A stretch of DNA of 21,533 nucleotides from Candidatus Hadarchaeales archaeon (lineage in GTDB: Archaea; Hadarchaeota; Hadarchaeia; Hadarchaeales; WYZ-LMO6), in NCBI GenBank assembly GCA_038851755.1, contig JAWCKR010000012.1, positions 1 to 21,533 on the forward strand, in the 5' to 3' direction. Positions 9,501-15,286 of this stretch are shown one piece after another. The position numbers and the translations under genes were made by a program. Positions within the stretch are counted from its first letter, which is position 1, and the number at the start of each line of letters is the position of its first letter. The notes below the pieces were generated by a model. The model saw only the letters and a list, made by a program, of their open reading frames with translations, searched no databases and had not been told where the DNA came from.

Positions 9501-12500
9501 CATGCTCGGGGAGGAGGAGAACTTGCTGGAGTTCTCCTTCGGCCCGCTGGAGCTGCCGAAGTACCTGGTGGACGGTGCGATCCACGTGAGGTACCTGGAG
9601 AACACCCACGACGGCGTCCGGACGGTGCTCCAGGTGGACCTGTGCGTGGTGGAGGGATGGTCCCAGGAGTTCCCCTCCACCCTCGTGGACCAGGTGCTCA
9701 CGGAGAACCATTACGCTACCTCCTCCCTCCCCGACAACCTCTACCGCTGGCGCGTGAGGGCCTCGGTGGCTGGCCTGGCGGGGATGTGGTCCGAGATCAG
9801 GACCTTCAGGGTAGACACCCTGCCCCCGCAGTCTCCACCCACCCTCCTCTCCCCCATCAACGGGGACAACGAGAACACACCCACCCCCACCCTCATCTGG
9901 TCCTCCCCCCCGGAGAACTCCTATCCGCTGGCTTTCTTCGTGCAGCTGGCCTTGGATTCCCTCTTCACGCAGCCCGTGGAGAACTCCGGCTGGATCCAGC
10001 AGAACTACTGGGTTCCCTCCCCCCTGCAGGAGAACGTCTACTACTGGAGGGTCTTCGTGAAGGACAACGCGGGCAACGAGTGTCCCGTTCCCTCGATCAC
10101 CTGGAGCTTCAGGGTGGACCTCACCCCGCCGCCGGCACCCACCCTCCTCTCGCCAGCGGACTGGGAGAACCTGAGAGCCGAGCCCCTCCTGAGGTGGGGG
10201 AGCGTGTGGGACGTCTCCGGGCCGGTCAGCTACAACGTGAGGGTGGAGTACGGTCCGGTCACCGTTTACGACGTGACGGTGCCGGAGAACGCCTGGCAGG
10301 TGCCGCCGCTCCAGGTTGACGGAATCTACAGCTGGAGGGTGAGGAGCCGGGACGGGGCGGGTAACTGGAGTCCCTTCACCTCACCGCGTTCCTTCCAGCT
10401 GGACAGGGTTCCACCCCCCGCTCCCTCGCCCCTCTCTCCACAGAACGGGGAGAACCTCAGGGAAGTGGAGTTCAGGTGGGCCCCGGTGACCGAGAACTCC
10501 CTGCCCGTGAGGTACAGGGTGCTCCTCAGCGACAACGAGGAGTTCCCCTACGAGAACGGGAGTTCAGAGTGGCTGGAGGGAGAGAACTGGAGGATGGACC
10601 TCACCCTCCCCGACGGGATCTGGTACTGGAGGGTCCAGGCCAGGGACAACGCGGGGAACGAGGGGGAGAACTCGGAGGTCCGCTGGTTCAGGCTGGACAC
10701 CCAGCCCCCCCAGGAGGTGACCCTCCTCTGGCCCGACAACGAGGCCACGCTGGAGAACTCCCAGCCCACCCTCACCTGGAGCGAGGGGGCGGACAACTCC
10801 ACCCCCCTCAGGTACAGGGTCCTGGTCTCCAGGAGGGGCGCGGTGGAGAACTACCTGGATTCGGGCTGGATTCATGAGAACTGGTGGGAGGTCCCCTCCC
10901 CCCTCCCGGACAACGACTACGAGTGGAGGGTCCAGGCCAGGGACAACGCGGGCAACGTGTTCGAGACACCCTCCTGGTGGTTCAGGGTGGAGAACGCCCC
11001 GCCCCCAGCCCCCTCACCCCTCTCCCCCGAGAACGGGAAGGTGGTGGGGGTTTCCTCGCCCCTGCTCGTCTGGCAGCCCTCCTGGGACATCTCCCAGCCC
11101 GTCCTCCACAGGGTCTGGGTCTCCACGGACGAGAACTTCGAGAACGTGGTGGCGGACTCCGACTGGAGGGACAACGACCGCTGGGAGGTCTCACCTCCGC
11201 TGGAGGACAACCTCACCTATTACTGGAGGGTCCAGGCCAGGGACAACTCCGGGAAGGAGAGTGAGAACTCCCTGACGTACCGCTTCTTCACGGACCTGCA
11301 CGCCCCTTCGGAGGTCGAGCTGCTCTCTCCGGGGAACGGGGCGGAGCTGGAGACCTTCACCCTCATGTTCAAGTGGAGGAGCGTGGAGGACAACACCCCG
11401 GTCCTCTACGAACTCGGGGTGGACAACGAGCCTGGGCTGGTTGAGCCCTTCGTCCACGCGGAGAACACCCACGAGAACTCCAGGATTGTGGGCTTCTCCC
11501 AGCCCGGAACCTACTACTGGAGGGTGAAGGCGAGGGACGGGGCCGGACACGAGAACTCCTCGGGGGTCTGGAGCTTCACCCTCAGGAAGTGGTGGTCCCT
11601 CGAGGGTTGGAGCTCGGGCGTGTCCGGTCCCCAGGAGGAGGGATGGAGGATGCTGGACGGAAGGGTGGGCTCTGCCGCCAGCTTCACCCCCGGGTGGAGG
11701 AAGGCCGAGGAGTGGAGCGTCCAGGTAAAGGGAGGGGTGGGGTGGAGGGAACTGGAGAAAAGGGTATTCGTGCTGAGACATCAGGCCTCCTGGAGGGCGC
11801 TGGAGGGAAGAAAGTTCTCCCTGAGGGCCCCGGTGCTCAGGGGATGGGCGCAGCTGGAGAACAGGGCCTTCAAGATGGTGGCCCCCCACAGATGGAACGG
11901 GCTGGACAGCTTCTCGGTGGAGGGGGTGGCGGCCGCCGGCTGGAAGTGGGTGGTGGTGGGAGGGCCCCCGTTCCTCCTCGAGTGGGCCCCGCTGGAGGGA
12001 TGGAGGGTGGGGGTGAGCGGCTGGGCTCCCCCCTCCGTCGGGGGGGTTTCCCTCGGATACTTGGAGCCCGGTGTCCCGAGCGCCACCGACCTCTCCTGGC
12101 TCGGGACCTGCGTGGCGGGACTGGAAGTGGTGGTGGGCGAGGGGGGAAGGGTGACGGTCTCGGTCTGGGAGGCCAGAGAGTTCCCAGCCTCCCTCCCGCC
12201 GGAACTCGTACCCTACCGGTACTTCCAGGTGGACCTGAAAGAACCCTCCCCCTCCCTCTCCTACGCAGTGGTGAGGGTGAGGGTGAGCCGCTCCTGGGTG
12301 AGGGAGGAAAGGATAGAGGTGAGGACCATCGGGGTGAGGAGGCTCTCCCACGGGGAAGAGCTTCAGGTGGAGGAGGTGGGAAGGGACGACAGGTACCTGT
12401 ACTTCCAGTTCAGGACGACCGAACTCGGTACCTTCCTCCTCTTCGGGGAGCGGGTGAGGGTGCCTCCTTCCCCGCCCGTGGCCCTGCTGCCAACCTTCGA

Positions 12501-13008
12501 GGTCCCCACCGCCCCCTCCTCCCTGGTCCTCCTGCTGGTCTTCTTGGGCCTGATCCTGGCGATGGCGGGCTTCGGCCTCTACCAGGTCAGCTGGTCCTTC
12601 AGGTACGGGAGGATGGTGGGCATGCTGAGGAGGACCACGGAGAGGCCCGAGCGCAGGAGGGCGGTGAGGGAGAGGGTGAGGCTCACCAAGAGGCAGAGGG
12701 AGAGCCTGGTCAGGATGTCCCTCCTCCTGCGGCGCGCGGGCCTGCCGAAGGTGGTCCCCGTGCGCAGGCGCCTGGCGAAACCGGAGAGGGTGGCGGTGGA
12801 GGCCCTGGAGAGGTTCATAAGGGAGAGGAGGAAGGAGGCCGGCCTCACTCCGCCGGAGATGGAGAAGCTCAGGAGAGAGGCCAGGAAGGAACTGGCTTCC
12901 TGGAAGACCCTGGAGGAGGTGGTGGAGCGCAAGAGGAAGGAAGTGCTGAGGCGCAGGAAGGTCAGAGGCTCTTCAGGCGCTCGGAGAGGGAAGAAGCGAG
13001 CTTCTTGA
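3562..13008 (+). CDS. Giant (3148 aa) membrane-anchored cell-surface protein: FN3/Ig-like repeats, Trp-rich 16-aa repeats, PGF-pre-PGF-like domain, TM helix, basic cytoplasmic tail
   Basis: Uninterrupted 9.4-kb ORF; signal peptide LSLLLSLLLLFSSLSPVLA|ED; about 18 repeats of ~100 aa (PxLLSPxNG..TPTLxW..YYWRVRARDNAGN..WSEVRxFxVDTxPP); TM LVLLLVFLGLILAMAGFGLY at about 12523-12590. Confidence 0.93.
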   Translation: MEVRTVSCERAQRRDSPPAGRGEAPLSLLLSLLLLFSSLSPVLAEDWYELESWTGEGEGTAGWSALESWEGGVRTLGPPQLLYPPHASFLPTATPTLDWSEVSGATSYQLLVDNDPSFTSPEVNVFPTSSEYAVPSPGLSDGIWHWRVRAKAGALSSPWSEVRSFTVDTVFPPSPSLFLPGEGENLLEDQPLFLWSSVWDSSGVSYILEIDNDPDFGSPLYRKAGLTENQHRLENKLCENFSPYRWRVCAVDGAGNENWSQPYTFTLKVFPSSLVQPLSPYWQTSSPISVTVTASDNDGTVENVELWYRWSPDNSSWSSWILYDNLSTSPYTFSFVPPSGQGHYQFYSRAWDDRGNYEQAPPGAEAEVGYDNTPPATPSPSLPENGATVETPTPTLGWSGVEDVSGVTYELEVYENQNLNLLYHLLLAENVYPLENALESGSYRWRVKARDGAGWESGWSENYYFTVRLWWGLESWWTGSAGQGFWREVEGWTGTVVAPHVWKELEEWGGSCSTRGGWERVEEWVIFTTSPGVWHVLEGYAVFLPSSVCWCKLEGFGSAVVTQPLWRGVEGWQGGVGGITGAWRETERWSASFQVFQGSWLPSDSWSCASSSPVPRPSPISPKDGYNTQTSPTLEWENLQPADNFHVQVDNDPAFPSPKAEGWTSSTSFAPGPLQDNLYYWRVRMFRSGENSPWSEVRTFRVDTVPPAKPQLLSENENDSTPLLTWQAPPENSLPLAYYVEVSTSKYFEPESVVENVWVSSTSYETSFKEDGIWWWRVLARDNAGNTGLFSEARNFRVDTLPPLVPSLIQPENGGWRSSSPTFAWQSVEENSKPVLYRFFLAYDEGFNLKVEDLWTASTSLSFLLPEGTYWWRVGARDNAGNWSGWSGGRWFRIDNTPPSKVTLLHPENEGCVGQQVELEWENATDEGAGVRWYEAEVDTDPGFSSPEWRENSAENRSSILLEPGEYCWRVRAWDNAGNPGEWSGVRWFRVCRWEALEGWSVGAGYFPGWYPLEGWVVSSSAEAGWRKLEGWSADALAVAGWFSLESWSVQVGALSWWRLSDSWVGSARTPVGWRVVEGWEGGTEALPCWRVLEKWQGQLSSPPCWWVLEGWMGGMNTVVGWRALEGWQLQSVVPSLWRALEGWAVAVRSSMLWYCLEGWTAWFSLPSCWRVLEGWMVAVHAPASWLVLDSWRGGMEAPSSWFLLEGRSSTLGAPALWRGLEGWSSWLVTPSFWGHLESWQAGGAGPAEWRMLDAGSAGVGAQAHWVKVEEWMSAASAPAGWKGLEGWSVGVEGEVRWCKLEEVEALARAGAGWREMEGWAGTLSSQPSVWREAEGWSVGVSSPPLWKALEGWLAQLSFPASWHPSDSWSCASSSPLPALLLLSPPDRENTKDTTPTLEWENLQPADNFELQVDNEPTFSEPVTYWKRGLTVTSHELENGLQDNLYYWRVRMFRSGENSPWSEVRTFRVDTVPPAKPAPLSPLASENVGDNTPTLTWQAPPENSLPLTYYVEVSPDKVNIAENAWVSSTSYETSFKEDGIWWWRVLARDNAGNTGLFSDWRRFRVDTLPPSAPSPLSPENDRWVQTSPLLSWSAVEENSLPVTHNLVILYYPSLLVRENVWTDSTSFATTLDEGRYLWRVRARDNAGNVGPWSEDRLFGVDNTPPSGAEPLSPQNGAFLDLGQIQLGWTSSMDAPSGVDGYHLQVGAGQDLSPILHENEEVEENTYTWVPPSPGIYSWRVRALDLAGNASEWSGVRWFRVCRWEALEGWTAWAEAPAGWEALEGWAGHSSSPSGWRALEGWGGGMEAPFSGWRALEGWGDGVRAVQAWWRVVEEWTVFLPAGVLAPVLLFPENGRNLKENAPTLGWEAVFLADNYRLQLSSEAPEWRAENARVGSEPLQLVDGSSRRGEVVGGSLENTWWEDGVCENVAENEEDNTLNWEHRIENVPPASLYVLRVKGRTSGDENVGVYLWETGGWRFLGMLGEEENLLEFSFGPLELPKYLVDGAIHVRYLENTHDGVRTVLQVDLCVVEGWSQEFPSTLVDQVLTENHYATSSLPDNLYRWRVRASVAGLAGMWSEIRTFRVDTLPPQSPPTLLSPINGDNENTPTPTLIWSSPPENSYPLAFFVQLALDSLFTQPVENSGWIQQNYWVPSPLQENVYYWRVFVKDNAGNECPVPSITWSFRVDLTPPPAPTLLSPADWENLRAEPLLRWGSVWDVSGPVSYNVRVEYGPVTVYDVTVPENAWQVPPLQVDGIYSWRVRSRDGAGNWSPFTSPRSFQLDRVPPPAPSPLSPQNGENLREVEFRWAPVTENSLPVRYRVLLSDNEEFPYENGSSEWLEGENWRMDLTLPDGIWYWRVQARDNAGNEGENSEVRWFRLDTQPPQEVTLLWPDNEATLENSQPTLTWSEGADNSTPLRYRVLVSRRGAVENYLDSGWIHENWWEVPSPLPDNDYEWRVQARDNAGNVFETPSWWFRVENAPPPAPSPLSPENGKVVGVSSPLLVWQPSWDISQPVLHRVWVSTDENFENVVADSDWRDNDRWEVSPPLEDNLTYYWRVQARDNSGKESENSLTYRFFTDLHAPSEVELLSPGNGAELETFTLMFKWRSVEDNTPVLYELGVDNEPGLVEPFVHAENTHENSRIVGFSQPGTYYWRVKARDGAGHENSSGVWSFTLRKWWSLEGWSSGVSGPQEEGWRMLDGRVGSAASFTPGWRKAEEWSVQVKGGVGWRELEKRVFVLRHQASWRALEGRKFSLRAPVLRGWAQLENRAFKMVAPHRWNGLDSFSVEGVAAAGWKWVVVGGPPFLLEWAPLEGWRVGVSGWAPPSVGGVSLGYLEPGVPSATDLSWLGTCVAGLEVVVGEGGRVTVSVWEAREFPASLPPELVPYRYFQVDLKEPSPSLSYAVVRVRVSRSWVREERIEVRTIGVRRLSHGEELQVEEVGRDDRYLYFQFRTTELGTFLLFGERVRVPPSPPVALLPTFEVPTAPSSLVLLLVFLGLILAMAGFGLYQVSWSFRYGRMVGMLRRTTERPERRRAVRERVRLTKRQRESLVRMSLLLRRAGLPKVVPVRRRLAKPERVAVEALERFIRERRKEAGLTPPEMEKLRREARKELASWKTLEEVVERKRKEVLRRRKVRGSSGARRGKKRAS
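3700..3783 (+). repeat. Trp-repeat tract 1 (2 copies) at the mature N-terminus
   Basis: WYELESW and WSALESW, 16 aa apart, right after the predicted signal cleavage site. Confidence 0.75.
4969..5400 (+). repeat. Trp-repeat tract 2 (9 copies)
   Basis: WWGLESW, WREVEGW, WKELEEW, WERVEEW, WHVLEGY, WCKLEGF, WRGVEGW, WRETERW, WLPSDSW at 16-17 aa spacing. Confidence 0.85.
5365..6561 (+). repeat. Copy A of ~1.2-kb intragenic duplication (four FN3 domains plus tract borders)
   Basis: Identical blocks with copy B: 5365-5400=7654-7689, 5453-5489=7745-7781, 5584-5691=7885-7992, 5832-5936=8133-8237, 6503-6561=8810-8868. Confidence 0.9.
6541..7689 (+). repeat. Trp-repeat tract 3 (24 copies, 48-bp period)
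   Basis: First W of copy 1 (6541) to first W of copy 24 (7648) spans 369 codons = 23x16+1; consensus WxxLEGW plus 9 variable residues. Confidence 0.92.
7654..8868 (+). repeat. Copy B of ~1.2-kb intragenic duplication
   Basis: Same identical blocks as copy A at offsets of 2289-2307 bp. Confidence 0.9.
8848..9080 (+). repeat. Trp-repeat tract 4 (5 copies)
   Basis: WEALEGW x2, WRALEGW x2, WRVVEEW; neighbouring copies share identical 21-30 bp DNA stretches. Confidence 0.85.
11590..12025 (+). repeat. Trp-repeat tract 5 (about 8 more degenerate copies)
   Basis: WWSLEGW, WRMLDGR, WRKAEEW, WRELEKR, WRALEGR, WAQLENR, WNGLDSF, WAPLEGW. Confidence 0.8.
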
Positions 13009-13690
13009 GTTCCCTGGCGGCCTTCGACCTGGGGCGGTACTTCACGACCGGGATGCCAGCTGCCGTGGACTCCCTCACCCTCTTGTCCTCGGGGATCACC
13101 CCTATCACAGGCCAGCCGAGGGCCTCCCTTATCTCCCCCAGCGAGAGCTCGAAGGGCTCCCCTGCCACCCGGTTCACCACCACCCCCAGGATGGGTACCC
13201 TGTACTTTTCCGCGGCCCTGAAGGTCTTGAGGGTGCTGGCGATGGTGGGGACGTAGGGGTTGGTCACGATGATCATCCCCGTGCAGGCCTTCAGGGCGGC
13301 CACCACCTCGCTCCCTATCCCCGGGGCGGAGTCCAGCAGGATCATCTCGTACTCCTTCTTGAGGGGGGAGAGGAGTTCCCTGAGGTCCACCGGGCGGACC
13401 TCGTCCTCGTAGGCTATGGAGCCCAGCACCATGGGCACCCCCTGGATGTTCAGAACGGCTTCCTCGATGGGCAGGTCGGAGGAGATCACGTCGTGCACCG
13501 TGGCCTTGGGTGTCAGTTCCCCGAAGTGCAGGCCCAGGTTGGGGGCCCCCAGGTTGGCGTCGAAGGCAAGGACCTTCCTCTTCAGGTCCACCAGGCTGGA
13601 GGCCAGGTTGGAGACCACCGTGGTCTTTCCCACCCCTCCCTTGCAGGAGAAGACCCCTATCACCTTGGCCTCCCTGGGCCTGATCTCCAT
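12962..13690 (-). CDS. minD: MinD/ParA-family ATPase (paralogue 2)
   Basis: KGGVGKTT, FDANLGAPNL, LLDSAPG, VVVNRV, VIPED. ATG at 13690 has a GGAG SD; an in-frame GTG at 13759 (31 nt after the TATA box) is an alternative leaderless start. The ORF-track start at 13816 lies upstream of the TATA box and is unlikely. Confidence 0.9.
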   Translation of the reverse strand: MEIRPREAKVIGVFSCKGGVGKTTVVSNLASSLVDLKRKVLAFDANLGAPNLGLHFGELTPKATVHDVISSDLPIEEAVLNIQGVPMVLGSIAYEDEVRPVDLRELLSPLKKEYEMILLDSAPGIGSEVVAALKACTGMIIVTNPYVPTIASTLKTFRAAEKYRVPILGVVVNRVAGEPFELSLGEIREALGWPVIGVIPEDKRVRESTAAGIPVVKYRPRSKAARELKKLASSLSERLKSL

Positions 13691-13779
13691 CCCCCTCTCC
13701 TTCCTGGGGGGTTTGAGGAGGGTGGGGAGCTTTTTTCCCCTCTTGGGCCTTGCGGGCACATTCTCCCTTTTCCCCGGAA

Positions 13780-13790
13780 CTAAATATAAG
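13780..13790 (-). promoter_or_regulatory. TATA box for minD-like gene 2
   Basis: CTTATATTTAG on the minus strand in the divergent intergenic region. Confidence 0.6.
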
Positions 13791-13845
13791 GTCGGCTCGG
13801 GGATTGCACCGGCCACCGGTCCTGCGCCACCCCCACGGCCCTCCC

Positions 13846-13866
13846 GAAAGCTAACTCTCTTAATCC
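13846..13866 (+). promoter_or_regulatory. BRE/TATA-like promoter of the HAD-acyP-hyp-lhr operon
   Basis: GAAAG...CTTAAT, with CTTAAT starting at 13859, 29 nt before the ATG at 13888. Confidence 0.5.
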
Positions 13867-13887
13867 CGGGGGGAGTAAGGAGAGAAG

Positions 13888-14535
13888 ATGGAAGCGGTTT
13901 CCCTGGACCTGGATGGCACCCTGGTGGACATGAGCTTCGCCAACAGGGTGTGGCTGGAGGAGATACCGAGGTTCTACTCCCTCAGGCACGGCCTTCCCCT
14001 GCAGAGGGCCAGGGAGGTGGTGAGGGAGGAGTACGACAGGGTGGGCGACGGAAGGCTGGAGTGGTACGACCTCCAGTACTGGCTCAGGAAGTTCGACCTC
14101 CCGGTGGAACCCCGGGAGCTCTTCGAGCGCTCCAGGGAGGCGGTGAGGATTTATCCGGAGGTCCCGGGGGTGCTCGAGGAGCTCAGGAGAGAGGGGTACA
14201 GGCTCCTCCTCCTCACCAACGCGCCGAGGGAGTTCGCCTCCTTCCAGCTCGGGGTCCTGGGCCTGGAGGGCTACTTCGACCGCTTCTTCTCTTCCTTCTC
14301 CGACTTCCGCAGGATCAAGCGGTCCGAGGAAACCTACCTCAGGATCCTGCAGGAGTGCTCCCTCTCCCCCTCCCAGCTCGTCCACGTGGGTGACCACTTC
14401 GAGTACGATTACCAGGTCCCCAGGAGGGTGGGGATAAAGGCCTTCTACCTGGACAGGAAGGGCAGGACCTCGGGAGAGTTCGTGGTGAGGGACCTCAGGG
14501 AGTTCAGGGAGAGGCTCAGGAACGGGTTCGGGTAG
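13888..14535 (+). CDS. HAD-superfamily hydrolase (subfamily IA)
   Basis: Motif I DLDGTLVD, motif II LLTN, motif III K (IKRS), motif [11 protein letters not shown]. Confidence 0.93.
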   Translation: MEAVSLDLDGTLVDMSFANRVWLEEIPRFYSLRHGLPLQRAREVVREEYDRVGDGRLEWYDLQYWLRKFDLPVEPRELFERSREAVRIYPEVPGVLEELRREGYRLLLLTNAPREFASFQLGVLGLEGYFDRFFSSFSDFRRIKRSEETYLRILQECSLSPSQLVHVGDHFEYDYQVPRRVGIKAFYLDRKGRTSGEFVVRDLREFRERLRNGFG

Positions 14536-14543
14536 GTGGTCGT

Positions 14544-14816
14544 GTGAGGGTGAGGGCCCACGTTCATGTCAGCGGGAGGGTGCAGGGGGTCTTCTTCCGG
14601 TACAGGACCAGCGAGCTGGCGGAGCGCCTGGGCGTGGCCGGATGGGTGAGGAACCTGCCCGACGGGAGGGTGGAGGCGGTCTTCGAAGGGGAGAAGGAGG
14701 AGGTGGAGAAGATGCTGGACTTCTGCAGGAGGGGTCCCCCCGGGGCGAGGGTGGACGGGGTGGAGGTGGAGTGGGAGGAGCCCAGGGGAGAGGAGGGGTT
14801 CAGGATAAGGTGGTGA
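14544..14816 (+). CDS. acyP: Acylphosphatase
   Basis: [11 protein letters not shown] and [17 protein letters not shown] signatures, GPPGARV; 90 aa. Confidence 0.96.
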   Translation: MRVRAHVHVSGRVQGVFFRYRTSELAERLGVAGWVRNLPDGRVEAVFEGEKEEVEKMLDFCRRGPPGARVDGVEVEWEEPRGEEGFRIRW

Positions 14817-14817
14817 G

Positions 14818-15276
14818 ATGGAGGTGAAGCCCATAGCGGAGGTGATGGAGGAGATGCGCCGGAAGTACCGCAGGTATCCTTCCCTCAGGAAGGAATGGAG
14901 GGTGCTGATGGGCGGGGACGACCACGGCTACGGAGACCTCTTCTTCCACGCGCCCGGGCTCGGGCTCTGGCAGATCAAGGGGGAGATGCTCAGCCCCTTC
15001 GAGCTGCTCGGTCTGGGCGTGAAGTTCTCCGCCAAGAAGATGGACGAGGAGATAAGGAGGGTGATGGAGGAGGGAGAGCCCTTCCCCTTCGGTCTGGCGT
15101 CCTTCCATCCCTCCTCCAGGAACAAGCTGGTGATAGCCTCGGGGATGGGCTGCCGCACCGAATCCACCCGCTCCCTCTCAGAGCTCCTCTCCGAGTACAG
15201 GACGGCAGGTGGGGAGCTGAGGAGGAAACTGGAGGAGCTGAAGCGGAGGCTGGGGAGGGGTGGAGAGTACCTCTGA
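14818..15276 (+). CDS. Hypothetical protein (152 aa)
   Basis: Fills the gap between acyP (1 bp away) and lhr; GGTGGTGA SD-like sequence; host-like codon usage; no recognised motif. Confidence 0.75.
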   Translation: MEVKPIAEVMEEMRRKYRRYPSLRKEWRVLMGGDDHGYGDLFFHAPGLGLWQIKGEMLSPFELLGLGVKFSAKKMDEEIRRVMEEGEPFPFGLASFHPSSRNKLVIASGMGCRTESTRSLSELLSEYRTAGGELRRKLEELKRRLGRGGEYL

Positions 15277-15286
15277 GCCGGCTAAG

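Noticed and set aside
6507-13256. Long alternative-frame ORFs (6507-8567, 11589-13256 and the many antisense ORFs)
   Set aside because: Gly/Arg/Pro-rich shadow frames expected from high GC3; they overlap well-supported genes and have no motifs.
2054-13690. MinD/ParA genes as a plasmid, provirus or integrated-element partition system
   Set aside because: No ParB, integrase, replication or capsid genes and no att-like repeats seen; codon usage matches the housekeeping genes.
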